Of a stretch of DNA of 64,000 bases, positions 40,001 to 53,462 are shown one piece after another. The stretch is from Catajapyx aquilonaris (taxonomy: Eukaryota). Below the pieces are notes generated by a model, which was not told the DNA's origin, ran no database searches, and saw only the letters and a list, made by a program, of their open reading frames with translations. The DNA is taken from NCBI GenBank assembly GCA_000934665.2, contig KZ538868.1, positions 1-64,000 of the forward strand, in the 5' to 3' direction. Position 1 is the stretch's first letter. Every line of letters begins with the position of its first letter. Both the position numbers and the translations under genes were made by a program.

Positions 40001-41793
40001 CTGGGTTAATAATGAAAATGCTATTTGCGCATGACACTGCTCTTTTTGGGGTAAATCTGTGAAGGCGTATGATTGATCAGATCCGTGATATGTATCTGGC
40101 CATGTTAGTCTGTTGTGTGGACAGGATGGGATTAATCCGAGTCGACCCCCTGTGTTTACTCTGGGCTCTGCTCAGCCTACATATTGGGCCCTAGGGACTT
40201 AGGGGTTGGAGCAAATAGAGAGGGGGGAGTGGGAGCCAAATAGGCGGGGGGAGAAATCACTCTCCTGGCTCACTCACTCACTTGCATGTCGATCCCTCGT
40301 TATCTTAATTAGCACCTCATGATCCCTATTTAATGATCCCCAAGCCGCCGCAGACTTCATGTGAAAGTACAAACTCCCCCTCCATTCACCACGCACAATT
40401 ATGCTATTATTCCGCCTTTGGCCAAATTGGGTTACTGGCCGCCTTATATTCTCATCGGGTTTGAAGGAGATCATACATCAATGATGATTGATTTGGCCAT
40501 TTTTCGGTAGCAACTCTCCCGCTGTGTTACGTGGGTTGCTATGCGAATAAAGGGTCATTTTCAAGTGCAGCGCGACCTTTTTCAATGACAAGTTTGTTTC
40601 CAAGAAGGGGGAGCAAAAAAGTTCCATTCATAGTACTGAATACCTTGTTAATCATTGACTAAAGTGCACTTTGTGACCTCAATTTGGCGGTTTCATAAAA
40701 GGGCTTGAAGTATCACATCGGGCGGTTTCTATTCAGTCTCCAGCCACCGAGAGTTCTAAGGATAAAAAAAGTGCAGGGTCGAAGAAGTCATATGTCATTG
40801 GAATTCCAGACTCGCCACTCATGCATAATGCATGTGCGACCTCAACATTAAAACGGGCGATCCGAAACCAGCTAAGTTCAAGACCCTTTACAAGGAAAAA
40901 AAGGGGGAGAAAAAAATTGCGAGGTCTCAACTTTGACGAAATGTGTATATGAATAGCAAGTGAAGTGCATTCTGTATATAACGTCTGAGTGAGTGTGTGG
41001 GAGAGAGAGTGGAAGGAAGGGAGATGGAGGATTTGTTTGTGCAGAGTTGGGTTGGCGGGATTCATCTGTTGACACATGGACCTGTTTCTGCTGTGAGGGG
41101 TGGCAGGGGGTGGGGTTGGATTCTGCAAATTTGGAGACGCGTCAAGGGGTCTCTAGTAGTGTGCCCGGGGGTGATGAAATTGGAGACTTGGATGGCCTTA
41201 ATGGAACGAAGGTGGCTTTTCTAGCTCGGGAAAGAAGATCTCAAGGGATGTGCTGCTATCCCCGACCTCTTCACCTAACAGTTCCTGTTACCAGTTCTTT
41301 ATCACAATACTCTTTAAATATGGTAGAAATCAGCTCCTTCTCTCAATATGACAAATGACGTCATTTAATAACGACCCTTGTGTCACTATGCATAAAAATA
41401 CAAAATGCAACAGAAGCATTTGGCACAAGAGTTGAAAATGGGTTGCCAAGACTGCAAAAGGCAGCAGGATAATACCAGTTTGAAGTGAGAGATGATGCAA
41501 AATGCAGCATACAGTGTAGTAGATATGGGAGAGTGTATAGGGGAGTGAGTGTTGATGGTTGAATTATTGAGTCTGTCGGCGCCACTAGGATAAGTGAAGT
41601 TTGAGTTTGTGTGCAGTGGTAGTATAGCTAGGGGAGTTTGGGAAGCAGCAGCCAGGCATGAATGCAAAACGGGGCCGAAAGTGGCATCAGGCCAAAGCCC
41701 CGCCCGATCCATATCGGGGGCAAACATTGGCCTCATCGTGCAATCCGGGTGACGGCCACCGCTTTTTATTGTCACCCCACCCCTCCGACTCCA

Positions 41794-41829
41794 GGAAGGA
41801 AGGAAGGAAGGAAGGAAGGAAGGAAGGAA
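41794..41829 (+). repeat. (GGAA)9 microsatellite
   Basis: Direct count. Confidence 0.95.
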
Positions 41830-41946
41830 GTCTGAAGGAAGGTCACACTGAACTCGCCTTGTTTTGCGGGATCATGGTTTGTCATTAAAGTGTTTTAAAA
41901 TGCAGAGTGCTTTCGTCCTTTTAAAAACAAACGGTGTGGCACTCAC

Positions 41947-42018
41947 CTGGTTGCCTCAAATGAGAGTGTGGGTCTAGAGATGGTTTGGACATCCCGCTTA
42001 GGGAATTGGCGCCGTAAC
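41947..42018 (-). CDS. Ets65A: ETS factor, 72-bp exon
   Basis: (G)YGANSLSGMSKPSLDPHSHLRQP(D); flanked by tctttcgcag and G|gtgagt; phase 1-1. Resembles the DPHSQLRQPD segment I recall from Drosophila Ets65A. Confidence 0.88.
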
Positions 42019-43416
42019 CTGCGAAAGAACAGTTCATTTTTACTCATAATGACATTTGCACAGTACCCACTTAATTAGTTATATTACTGAGTCAGACGCC
42101 AGCTATATGCTAAGCCTCTAATAGTACGCCGTCTTCTACGTAGTATACAATAAAATTAATGTGGTTCACTAATCCAAGTTATGCAGTTTGAAAAACTGGA
42201 GCTTAATATCGAACTGGATGTGCATGTGCATGTCCAAGTGCTTCAAACACAATGCAAACTTTTTATTCCGGCATAGTTTACAGTGACAGTGTAGTTCCGA
42301 TAACCCCACCTTGTTGAATATTGTCCGTGAATGAATAGGGAAATGTGTTTCAGTGGTGGTTAGCGGTGTCGCATTTTTACTCTGCCCAACGTCATGTCTC
42401 TCATTACATCAAATTGTCAGTTTGGAAAGGTACCGCCGGTAGCGTATCATTTCAGCAATGTTATTTAATATTGCGATGTAATGATTACAACAAAATTTCG
42501 ACATGCATGTAACACTATTTTATAGCAATGTGAGCAGTAAGAGTCGTGAGTTAGAATGGCATCAGGCGGAGAAGTGACAGAGAAGCAGACCGGTCTGTGC
42601 TGAGAGCCAATCGGAGCAGGTCCGGAGCGCCATTTCCGCAAAGGAAGGAGCAATTTATTTCCGTAATCTGGGCTCCTCGTTCTCCCAATTCCACGGAATG
42701 GTTTAGATCATTAGCTGGGAAACGGCAATTTCCTTCCCCCAGGATTTGCACCAAAACGGTGGACCGAATTCCAAATTTCCATAACTTTCTTCTCCGCCGG
42801 CTTTTGCCACTCCTCCTGTGAGGCTGGTTGCACCTAGACATTCTCTCCAGGGGGTTTATACCCCAGAATTTGACCGACTATTGCAATAATGTAAATCGGG
42901 CAGCTAATGGGTGCGTGGGAAAGTGGGCGCAAACAAGGAGAGGAATCGGGCGCGAAATTCGCGGAGAAAGGTGTTCATTATGACAGGTTGGCGATCCCAT
43001 TCAAACCGGGGGCACCTCCCCCCAACAACCGTTTTCATTCCCCGATTAGCTCGCACAATGACCGTGCAATTAAAACCGCCAACTAGATAGAAAAATGGCA
43101 CAACCCGCTGAATTTTAGCTGTTGAGAAGGGTACACTCTAATACAAAAGATTGACCAAAAAATATGTGCAAGTAAGATTATCAGAAAAATAATTGAGGTT
43201 TGCACAAGATTGTGTCACATCACAATTTATTATTTAAACACACCTGCACCATATTTTACAAACACGAATGAAAACAATATTAGAAAACCCGCGAGCGTGA
43301 TTCGAGTATACTTTTTATTGGGCAGCGGGAAATGAGGCTGACAAACCCGATACGATACGACGCGATTCTACATGGACAACAATGACATTGATTGTTGTCA
43401 GTATCATTTCTCACTA

Positions 43417-43656
43417 ACAAGGAACTCAATTTATACGATTGCCCGTCTGTAGGTTTGCCCTTGGCGGATATAGTGAACCCGGAAAACGGGAAGTGGCCCG
43501 TCACTGGAACCTACTTAGGGTAACCTGAATCCGAATCCGAAAACCGTTTGTTGCTATCTATTGCGGTTTAGGCTCTGATACCTGTCACAGACAGACGGAC
43601 ATAGCTTTTTCGATGATAAAAAGTCTAAAACGGCACATGATACGGGCACCATAACT
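43417..43656 (-). mobile_element. Possible DINE-1/HINE-like (Helentron-associated) element
   Basis: Minus strand starts ttatggtgcccgta, carries a gtccgtctgtctgt microsatellite and a subterminal inverted acgggcaa, and ends cttgtt. Confidence 0.45.
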
Positions 43657-44397
43657 GATAGACACAATCCCTACATAATGCGAAATCAGGGCAATGCACA
43701 AAAAGTGCGACTATGTCAATTTGGATCAGAGGCAGAAGCATGGATGGTAGGTTTTTGGTTTTAGAGCCCGGGGGCCATGGATCTGGGTCGCAGCAGTCTA
43801 GGGTCTATAGAGGAGGCAGCATCATCCGGCGAGTGTGTCTGTAGAAAAGCTTTTGGTAGAGGGGTGGGTAAGGTTGGCATGTTTTCCGGCCGGAAGATCA
43901 GAGGAAAGGCAACCAGGCAAAGGCCCTGAGGGGGAGGAGGGAGGGAGGGAGGGCGAAATCCGGGGCTTTGTTCCGGGCGCAAAGGTGCAGTCAAGTGATC
44001 AGTCACACGGCCAATATTATTTTGAGCCCGAATTCCCAGTTCGNCCCCCCCCCCCCCCGATCGATCACTGCGCAGACACTGCCTTTGCTCACAACTACCA
44101 TCCACTACATTTTAATACACACTCACATGTTTGTCACATAATATTACTTGTATACTGATCCTGGCGTGTAGGCAACCAATCAGCCTCTCTTGCATCGCGG
44201 CACAGAAGGGGCAAATATTGGCGGTTCCTAATTTCATGTGCTCATTGAGCAAATAATATTGATATTATTTAATAAAATCGCAGTTAACTGCGGAATTGGC
44301 TTAAATGAATTGAAACCCCAACTATATATAGGCGATATCCTTCATACGTACTTTGTAATGGAAACAGGCGAGAGTACAGTTTGAACAAATTGGAGTG

Positions 44398-44421
44398 GGA
44401 AGGAAGGAAGGAAGGAAGGAA
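44398..44421 (+). repeat. (GGAA)6 microsatellite
   Basis: Direct count. Confidence 0.93.
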
Positions 44422-44560
44422 AAGGAAGAAGGTTGGCAGTGTGGATGGAGACTTTGTGCTGGGTGCAATCCAGCCGACTGATCCTCCTCCTCCAACCCCC
44501 AGTAATCTTGGGAGTTCCCCGATTTGACCTCGTCCGCCGCAGCCACCGAAAGCCTAGAGT

Positions 44561-44599
44561 CCGGAAGCCCCGTTTCCGGTCACTTCCGATTCCCGGAAC
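44561..44599. promoter_or_regulatory. Cluster of four ETS-type CGGAA sites
   Basis: ccggaag, tttccggt, cacttccg and ccggaac within 39 bp. Confidence 0.4.
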
Positions 44600-47500
44600 A
44601 GTCTCCCTGCACTCACTCCCCGACTTGCCTCCCCCTTGATGTTAAATTAAAGTCTATTCCTGGAGAGACCCATTCTGATATGGTGGATCCTCCCCCTCTC
44701 TCCTCTACTTCTCTCTGTGTGTGGCATTGAATAGGTGGCGCTTGATTGACGCCTCTTAGCACTTCCAGTGTGGAGTGGGGATATCACAAATTGGTTTCTT
44801 GTAGCCTCGACGATTCTCCGGGGCTTATCTTTGCACTCTTCTGGAAGACTTCCACTTCACTTCTCCTTTCGGGGCCTGTTCCTCATTCATTCCCTGCTCG
44901 TCTCTGCCCGTCTCATCCCAAATGCAGGCGGGGGAGGGGAGTCATGGAGAGTGGTGAGGGGGTTTGTCGTTCCTCGGAATTTTTTTAGAGATAGGCCACC
45001 TTCTCGGGTCAAGAAATTCTCACCAACCGCGACGGCAACTACGGGTTTTGCGGTCCGAATTTTTGTGTGGGATCGTAGATTATCGCAAAATGCAATAATG
45101 AATTGTTAGAAGCTATTTGATTGGAAAGTGCGTAAGTTTGGTAGAGTACGGTAGGTCTACCTTAACAAAGTCATCAAAAGTGGAGGAATAAGTAGTTGGT
45201 GTGTGATTTTTAAAATTGACCATCACTGATCAAGTCTAGGAAAATTCGCTAAATCTTAACACAACTCAGCATTATTGGCAACATCTATGGGATTGTAAAA
45301 CGATATGGTGATATACCACTTCATGACTGAAAAATTATTATGCACAATACCAGGTAAAATTTATCTTTAAAACAGATGCCCTACTTCTACGAATAGTAAC
45401 GGGAGAAAATAGGCTTAAGTGAAAAGTGGACTGGAGCTATGAAATTATAGGGAGGGGGGAAAAAATATGGATTGGGCGTGGGCGTGAAATCCCCAGAGTT
45501 GGCAGACCCCTCCCTCTTGATGAAACAAAGCCTCCCCGACACCACCCCCTCCCTCCCTCCCCATTCCTCCCCCCTTTCTCTCCTCCACCTCCCACCCCCC
45601 TTTTTGCACGCGCCACTGACTCCTCTTCTCTCTCTCGCTCTCTCTCGTCCCTTCAACTCCCCTTCAGCGATAAACACCACTGCAAATTGCACCGAAAAGA
45701 GAAGGGCAGAGAAGGAAAGAGAAGGGGAAAAAAAATAAAAGTCATCTATCCCAAGTGGAAACAAACTTTCTCCAACTTATTTCGGATTCTTCTCGGCTTT
45801 TATATATCTTATCTTTTGAATTGAAGGCGAAATTTCTACAGAACTGGCAAAATTGCACATTTCTCGAACTAGATCAACGTCTGAGAGGAATTATGGAGAC
45901 ACTTGGTCCATGTTTGCTTACAGTGCATGAATTTATTGTAAATAACTAGGCTAGATGCACACTATTTGAACTTGTTGCATCCATTCAGAAAATTGCGCAA
46001 AGTAATTACTGGCAGCACGTCCAGCTTGACCTCCTATATTTTTCCATCCCCTTTGTCGTTGAGTGCCGATGCACTGGAGCACAAAGAAACACGGGATTCC
46101 TTTCCTGCGCTCTCAACGACACTTCGCCCCAATGCTCTTTTTGACCCCCCTTGGTCCACCCCCCCTCCCCTTGTGGCCCCTCGCATCACATACTGCACAC
46201 AACGGCCTGAAGGCATGTCGCAGCCAAGGATGGACATGCGACTCACATAATATAATGTCCAGCCACCCTCTCTCTCTCTGGCTTCTTCACAGGAAAGGGC
46301 CCAGTCCAGTTAGAGTCTGACCACAGAGAGTCAGTCATCATACGGAGTCCGCGTGTTTCGCCAGATGACGCTTAGGGCGGGGACCAGGTCGGCTGGATGT
46401 CCCAGGGTATAATCACTTAGGGAAAAATAGAGGAAAGGAAGCCGGTGCAGGCGGATAGTCTGCGGTTACAGCTAGTTAGTGCGGGACAGTTGGCTCCCGG
46501 TCGTTTTGTCCTGCTTCAGTGAAGCTGGTCTTGAGCCTTGCATGTCGACTGCCACCACTCAGAACTCACACATTGGCCAGTTTGTACCTGCTGATGTTCC
46601 AGATGATGGCGATTATCTTGTAAACTTAGGGGTCGCATATTTTTAGTTATCGACAATAATTTCTCCCGTTACGTTATTATCCGACTGAATCGCGATTCAT
46701 AATTAGATCCTAGTGGGATCCATCCCTGGAAGCAAACTGTCTGGTAATCCCATTTGTCGAGATCGGGTCTGGTCCGTTGTCGGTCTGTATAGTAGCTGGA
46801 GGGGAAAAAAGGGACGGACGGAGCTGTGGAAAGAGGGTTGATTGATGAAAGGATGGTAGTTATTCTCCTTAATCCCCTTTGGCACCCGCTCGTCGTTTGA
46901 GGCGCCGCCAATAAGCACAACGGGTCCCCGCCATTGCCACCCACTCCTGGGCAACCAAAAACCCACTTTAGCGGCCAGAAAGCCACGCAATTTATCACCT
47001 CATACGCAGCATGACACCATCGTCGTATATAGAGGCAGCAGCGCACGATTGATGCATGTAATTCGTCGAAAGGTGAACAAGGGGAGAGCCCCGACTCGTA
47101 AAGCTTATTCTCGCGTGCCGACCTCCCGTCGTACCCTTTTAACCTGAAGGGGACCCCCTGATCTTTAATTAGAGCCGCCCTGCTCTGATATGACCTGTGC
47201 TTGCCACCACCACCACCACTACTTGGATCTTTGCTCGAGTTGATTTGCATGTGACAGAAGGGCCGTGTGCTGCCAACAACTTTTGTCTTGAGGTGTTTCT
47301 ACGTACTGTGTGCGTGCAAACAGCGCAATCGGAGTCACCGCGGGTGGTGTACACTGGGTGTACATACACTGTACCTGCGTGGGATGGAAAGTGGGGCATC
47401 CGTCTCTGTAGGTGGTCTTTGTTGCGCATGCACGCATCAAGTAGTTTAGTATTCGGGATAAGTCATTTGGGATTCGGTCGTTCAAGTTTCGAAAGTCGTT

Positions 47501-50500
47501 CCAGATTTTTGTAGAATCTCTTATTTTGAAATGAGAGCAGTTCCACGTGATAATGCTCGAGGACGAATATCATCTCAAGTTGATGAGATATTTCAAGTAA
47601 GCTACTGACAATGAAAATTTTAGAAGCACTAAAGCCAGTTTCACAGGTTCAGTCATAAAGACCCTAATGATGTGTTGATGCAACGTGTTATTCAGAAATT
47701 CGGTATGAAACGTTTGCTATTTGCATTGATATTACTGAACTGACAGCATGAGTAAAAAATAAATATATTGTGGGCGTACAGGGGAAATCCATCATGTCAA
47801 ATTTGGTTTTCGCTAAGTTATTTGTAGCACTAAGACGCACTTTCCTGTTCTAAACTGCCTATTGAAGTCCACTTCAAATTCACAATTAGCCAGCTAGCCA
47901 GAGTTTTTCTTCATTTTCTTCACTTGCTTGTAAGAAGGTGCAAGATCAAGTCTTTGCGATGCATTATCTCACTATTTTTTTGAACTTTGTGGATTTCTCA
48001 TGTATGCCCCTGATATATAGACGCAAAGACTCGTGACGTAACGACAAGAGTGAAATTAATGAGCAACTTATTGCCACGGATTATTATTGAATAACTTTAT
48101 TAATAAAAATATAATAAAATATCTAGTTATAGCAAGTTGTTTACATTTCGGCCTTCGTAACTACTGCATAGTACATGTGTAGGAACCATGGGCAGGTAGT
48201 GGTGTAGTGGCATGTTCAACTCCCGCTTGACAGCTTATGCAATACGTATACAGTGCCTATTGAAGAGGACGCCCCTAATGGGATGTGATTCTGTACAGTA
48301 TGTATATACACGAGGGGCACGAGTTTGTACAGTTTTGCCTTATTTTGGCTGCCACTTCAGACAACGGATATAAACTGAAAATAAATTTATACAGATAAGA
48401 GAAAAAGAAAATGAAGTCAAATAATCCTAAGGAATACAATGACTACCCTCGGGAATTCTTTCAGTGTGGTCTTTCCAGTTTTTGGATATGATATCTATGG
48501 TGGTTCAGGGTGTGCTGGAGTGATGATGGTGTCCGAAAGAGAGAGCGAGAGAGAGCTAGTCCCTGCGAGGCCATCAAGCTGACAAACGAGGCGACAAGCG
48601 GGCAATTTGGCGGTGTGGGGCACCCTCTTTTGTTTGAGCAGTGCCTCCAAACAGCCTTCCAGCGCTGCTTTTGATGAGCCCCAAAACCCAACCACCACTC
48701 TGCTGCACCCCCTCCCCCAACCCTCCCAATAATATATAGAGTGCGTGGTGCCTCCAGGGGATGCCTGGCATTGTTGCCAACCGCCATTCTTGCACCGGCT
48801 CAACTTCACTTGCATTGTGCACAGAGACAAGCGCTGGGAAACAGCCTTTCTCTGACCGCATTATTTTTGGCAATGGCCAGCACCGGCGGGGCCTGTTCTG
48901 ATCCTTTAATTGCAATCCAGTCGGTAGGAAAATGAACAGCCAAAGCATGACGAGGAACAGGGCGCTGAAGCCGGCGATGGCTTTTATTTTTTCCCCATCC
49001 ACACCATCAACAACCAGCGCTCCCTGTACACAACCCTAATTGTCCCATTCGAATGGCTCTGCTGCAATCCGATTATGGCTTTTATTGAATTTTAATGCAA
49101 GTTATGACTTCTCCTGAACCATCAGTTGGTCGGAACCAAGGGAATAATTTCGACTAGCAAATCGAATTAGGGGACAGGGTCGAGGGGGTCTCTCTCTCTC
49201 CCCCCCCCCTCTACCTCCCCAATCACCACCCCCTCCATTCCCTCCCCACACAAATAACTGCCTTTAGGAGGGGGGGTTGGAGCCAATAATGTGACGGCTG
49301 ATCTATAGACCTATACCGTGCTCAACTTTCAGCCCGATACTCTGACTGGATATGATCTCGAATCTCTGATTTTTAGGGCACAAAAGCTCATTTTCGGAGA
49401 TGGGTAATCATTATCTTTAGTTCCTTAATTCGGAGGATGGTGCGCGCAAAAACAATCCAGTGTCAGTTTTACACCACTGTGTACTGTACTAGACTATCAC
49501 GTGACGTGCTCAGCAGGTGCCCTATTGTGTACACGATAAACCAGGACATCACAACATTATACAAGATGTCTATTAACAATGCACAGCATGCCTAATAGTT
49601 ATCGCAGTGGGTGAACCGGAGTGAGCCGCATTCAGATACGAATGTGTGTCGGACCTGCTTTATGCTTCGGGATAGAGAACATCTACTGTAATACTACACA
49701 ATGCATTTTCGACGATTTGCTGTGTTTCAAGTGGACATGTAATTAACCACAATGTACTGCAGCCTTATACAGTGTTTCGGTTTGTCATTTGTGGCATATA
49801 CAATTAGTTGTTGATTTTAAAATGATATTTTAAACAACAATGCACATTTCCCGTTAGGTAATTTCTGAATATGCATAGTCTCGATTACATTATCAGTATC
49901 TATCCGAAAGGCATCTGCCACTAAAGATTTGTTTAAATTCAGAAAAAGAATCTACGCAATGTTGAATATTTTTCCAATGCATTTTAGACACATTCAGTAA
50001 AGTTTGCGTTCAGGCTAAAATACATTTACTTCGATTATACAAGTAGCACATAAAACTGTCCCATAACTACTTGGTAGTCTTGAGAATATAATATCAACTT
50101 AATCCTTATAAAGCAAGTAACCTGTTTGCATATTAGTTTATTTGTAGTTCACTTCTCACAAATTGTATTCATCTATTGAAAAAATTTATTTGACCAGTAT
50201 CCGCACTTTCCCAGTATAAATGTCTCCAATTTGATAATACGTTAGGAAAAGGGCTATAGGGTACCTAATTGCATATTTGAGTTATGTGCTTATAACCTTG
50301 CTAATGGGTTACTTGGAAAGTCCAGCATCTGGACATGTAGTGTCCTCTAACGATGTTTACTATTATAGGTGCTGCAATTATATTCTTCAAAGCATGCTTG
50401 AAACCTGAAGCCATATCGTATTGCGCCCGAGATTGCGCCTGTCAAAGCCATGATCTTTAATGGAGAACTGAGCGTCGAATTTGAATTTTTCAATTGATTT

Positions 50501-53411
50501 TTGGACCAATAAAATCACCAATTATTCACATCCGAAAAAAATCTAACTAATTCAAATATCCCATGTAATTATTGGAAACGACTTGATTGCACAACATGGC
50601 ATTGTCGTTGCGATTAACTGGACTCCTCTGGTTGGTGGGAGGACCACAGGAAAGCGGGGAGAGTCGAGACCAGACTCTCAAACAGCATCGGGCTCTATAG
50701 GTTTTGCGCAGTGGAGTCATGCAGCAAGCAAAGTGTACAGGTGAGGAGAAAAGTGCCCTGATAGTGAATGAGTAGTCTGGTGATGATGCTGGTCGGGTGC
50801 TGGGTGGGATGCAGAAGCAGCAAGCCCACGGATGCTGGAAGGGGGGGGGGGGGGCCGACGCCGCTGGGTTAATCCGTTTTGGGAGTGGCGGCAGGCGCTT
50901 TTCGGGGCACGGCCACGATTGGATTATTGTGCGCAGAATGGGAAAAAGAGAGAGAGAAGAGTAGAATGAATTATTGTGTGGATGTGTTTTCCAATCGCGT
51001 TCTCCCCAAATGCAGTTTTCAAACTCCTCGCCTTTGCAATTAAACCCATCAAGACGGCGGCGGCGCTCCGACAGCAGAAACTGCCTGATGGCCACTTACT
51101 TTAACCCAATTCTTGATTCCTTCCCGGCATTTTGTTTGGCGCTTGCACACCAGGCCTACAAATTTCCGTCCTCGCCTTCCTGGTCTCCCAGGTTCACAGG
51201 ATGCTTATTTTGCCCCCAACTGCTGCCGCCGTCTTCCCTCCCTTGAAGCGGTCTTCATTTAGGATTTTTGTCCTTGCGAAGAGAGTTCATGGCGAGTGCC
51301 TATATGCACAATGCCAGCCGATGTCAGCAGGCGGTAGGAATTGCATGGTCTTTAATAAATGACGACTGTTGGGATAGTTAATGGGACAGGAATGGGAGCA
51401 AAACACTGCAATTGCATTTTGCTTGCAGGGAAAGCCATTACTGTATATATTGTTGACACATGGTAGAATACCACACTGTTTTTGAAAAATTCTCGTCGTC
51501 TGATCTAACTCAACTCCGTGATGATGTTTTAAGAACAATTATAAGTAAAATGATGAATAAGAGGATATTGTTTTGATAATTTAGGCGATGATTTTGTTAA
51601 AGGGAAAGCAGAATTGGTAAATGCAGTTTGATAATTACTGGTCCTGAGTACGTTATGTAACATTTTAAAGGGAAGACAGGGTCAACTATTCTTTTATGCT
51701 AGTCAATCATCTGTACAAATGTATATGCACCATGCACGGTCTGACTAACATTTGGAATGATCTTTCTATGAATACATATTTTTCTGGTTGGAAATAATAA
51801 TGTCATTAATGTTACATAATAATAATAATCATTACAGTTAGATTATTTACTAGCGTATACCTTCTTAAAAATATGCAGTACGAAAACTGCAATGCAAGCA
51901 GCCATGTGACGATGGTGGAGTCCAGACACTAAATTAAGTTATCTTCCCTTTGATATACTTAAAATAATGTATAACATGCAATGCATGTGTGCTCTTGCAA
52001 AATGGCAGATACAAACTAGTACTATCCTAGCCGCATAAATATGTAGAGCACCTTTCAATGATAACATTTCTGTGACCTGTTTTGACTGACATGCGCTTGT
52101 TCAAGGAGAGGTAGACTGTTGTTTATCCTGCTTACGTAAAAGGCAATAGCGTGCTGAAGTACCTGTTATTATATGCCGAAGTCCAAATCTTGTACGTTAA
52201 TTCCTATTTAAACGGCTTCTTAATTCGATAGCATTTATGTAACTTGCAATGTCAAGGTTTTCCATGAAAAATTAATTGTCCCTCGGTATTCTGCAGTGAA
52301 TCAAATACATTGTAGAGTAACTTACAGTCTGCAATATAAGATTCGCTACGTATTTTGTACAAATATCTTTCACATGACTGACATGCTCCTATATAAAAAA
52401 ATTTAGCCAAGCGGAACACACATCGCCTAAGTGTCAGAAGTCAGTTCTTGAATAAAGTTGACTCGATATTTATCAGAGCGAAATACCCCCGAACTTCTCT
52501 GTTGTGCAAAGCTGTCATGCGTCATCGGAAGATTCTTAGCTTCTGCAATGACGTCAATCCTTCCACCACCACCCCTCCCCACCCCCCATATGCTCCCAAC
52601 CACCCCCTTATTGCTTATAGCCTCCCCTTTTTCCCTTTTGCACAAAGTTCTGGCTGGAAACGCTTACAACCCTACCCACCCCTACATCCGCCCATTTCCA
52701 ACCCAGCCAGCGAATATCCCCTCCCCCNCCCCCCATCATCCAGCACCACCACCAAGACAAATCAACATCGTGGCCATCATCCCAAAGAGTCGCGAGTGAA
52801 AGGGGTCACGACCCCCCCTCCCATCCATGTCCCATCCTCTCCCCGTCTCTCTTTCATATGTTTTCACGAACTTATTATTGTTACATACCCCCTCTTCAGG
52901 AAGGGGGAAGGGAGCAGTCAGTGTCCATCTTTGAATTTGCGGCTTGGTTTCGTCCATTCTGAGTCCCCACCGCCGACGGCCATTAGTCTCCTCCTTAATT
53001 GCCTCCCGTCCACATTCAGAAAGTCATTCTTACTTTTGACCCATTACGGACCTTACGCCGGTTATTGACGGTTATGCTCGGCAATAACACTATATGAAAA
53101 TAGTAATATGTATTTCTGCATCACATGCAATTTACTATGTAATGTGTCACTGACAGATAGTCACAACGCTGTTGGTGAAATGAATGAATCATTTTAGTCG
53201 GTTGTGATGATTGATCCCTGAATTTACCTCAAAAGTCATTGTTTGGCACATGTCAGAATTTGCTGAATAATATTTAAGTACAGAGAATATTCCAACTTTG
53301 AAATACATAGCAGTTAAACAGTTAACGACTACAACCATACATTCACGAACTATTCGTTTAATTTAATATCACATTAAACTCTGCATATAGTTGTAAAAAG
53401 CTTGTACTCAC

Positions 53412-53462
53412 CCTGTGGCTGGCTGGTGGCATGCGAGCTCCATGCTCCTTTGTACGAAGGAT
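53412..53462 (-). CDS. Ets65A: ETS factor, 51-bp exon (most 5' exon identified)
   Basis: (D)PSYKGAWSSHATSQPQ(G); flanked by ttcttctgcag and G|gtgagt; phase 1-1. Resembles the SSWGSHASTQSQG segment I recall from Drosophila Ets65A. Confidence 0.85.
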
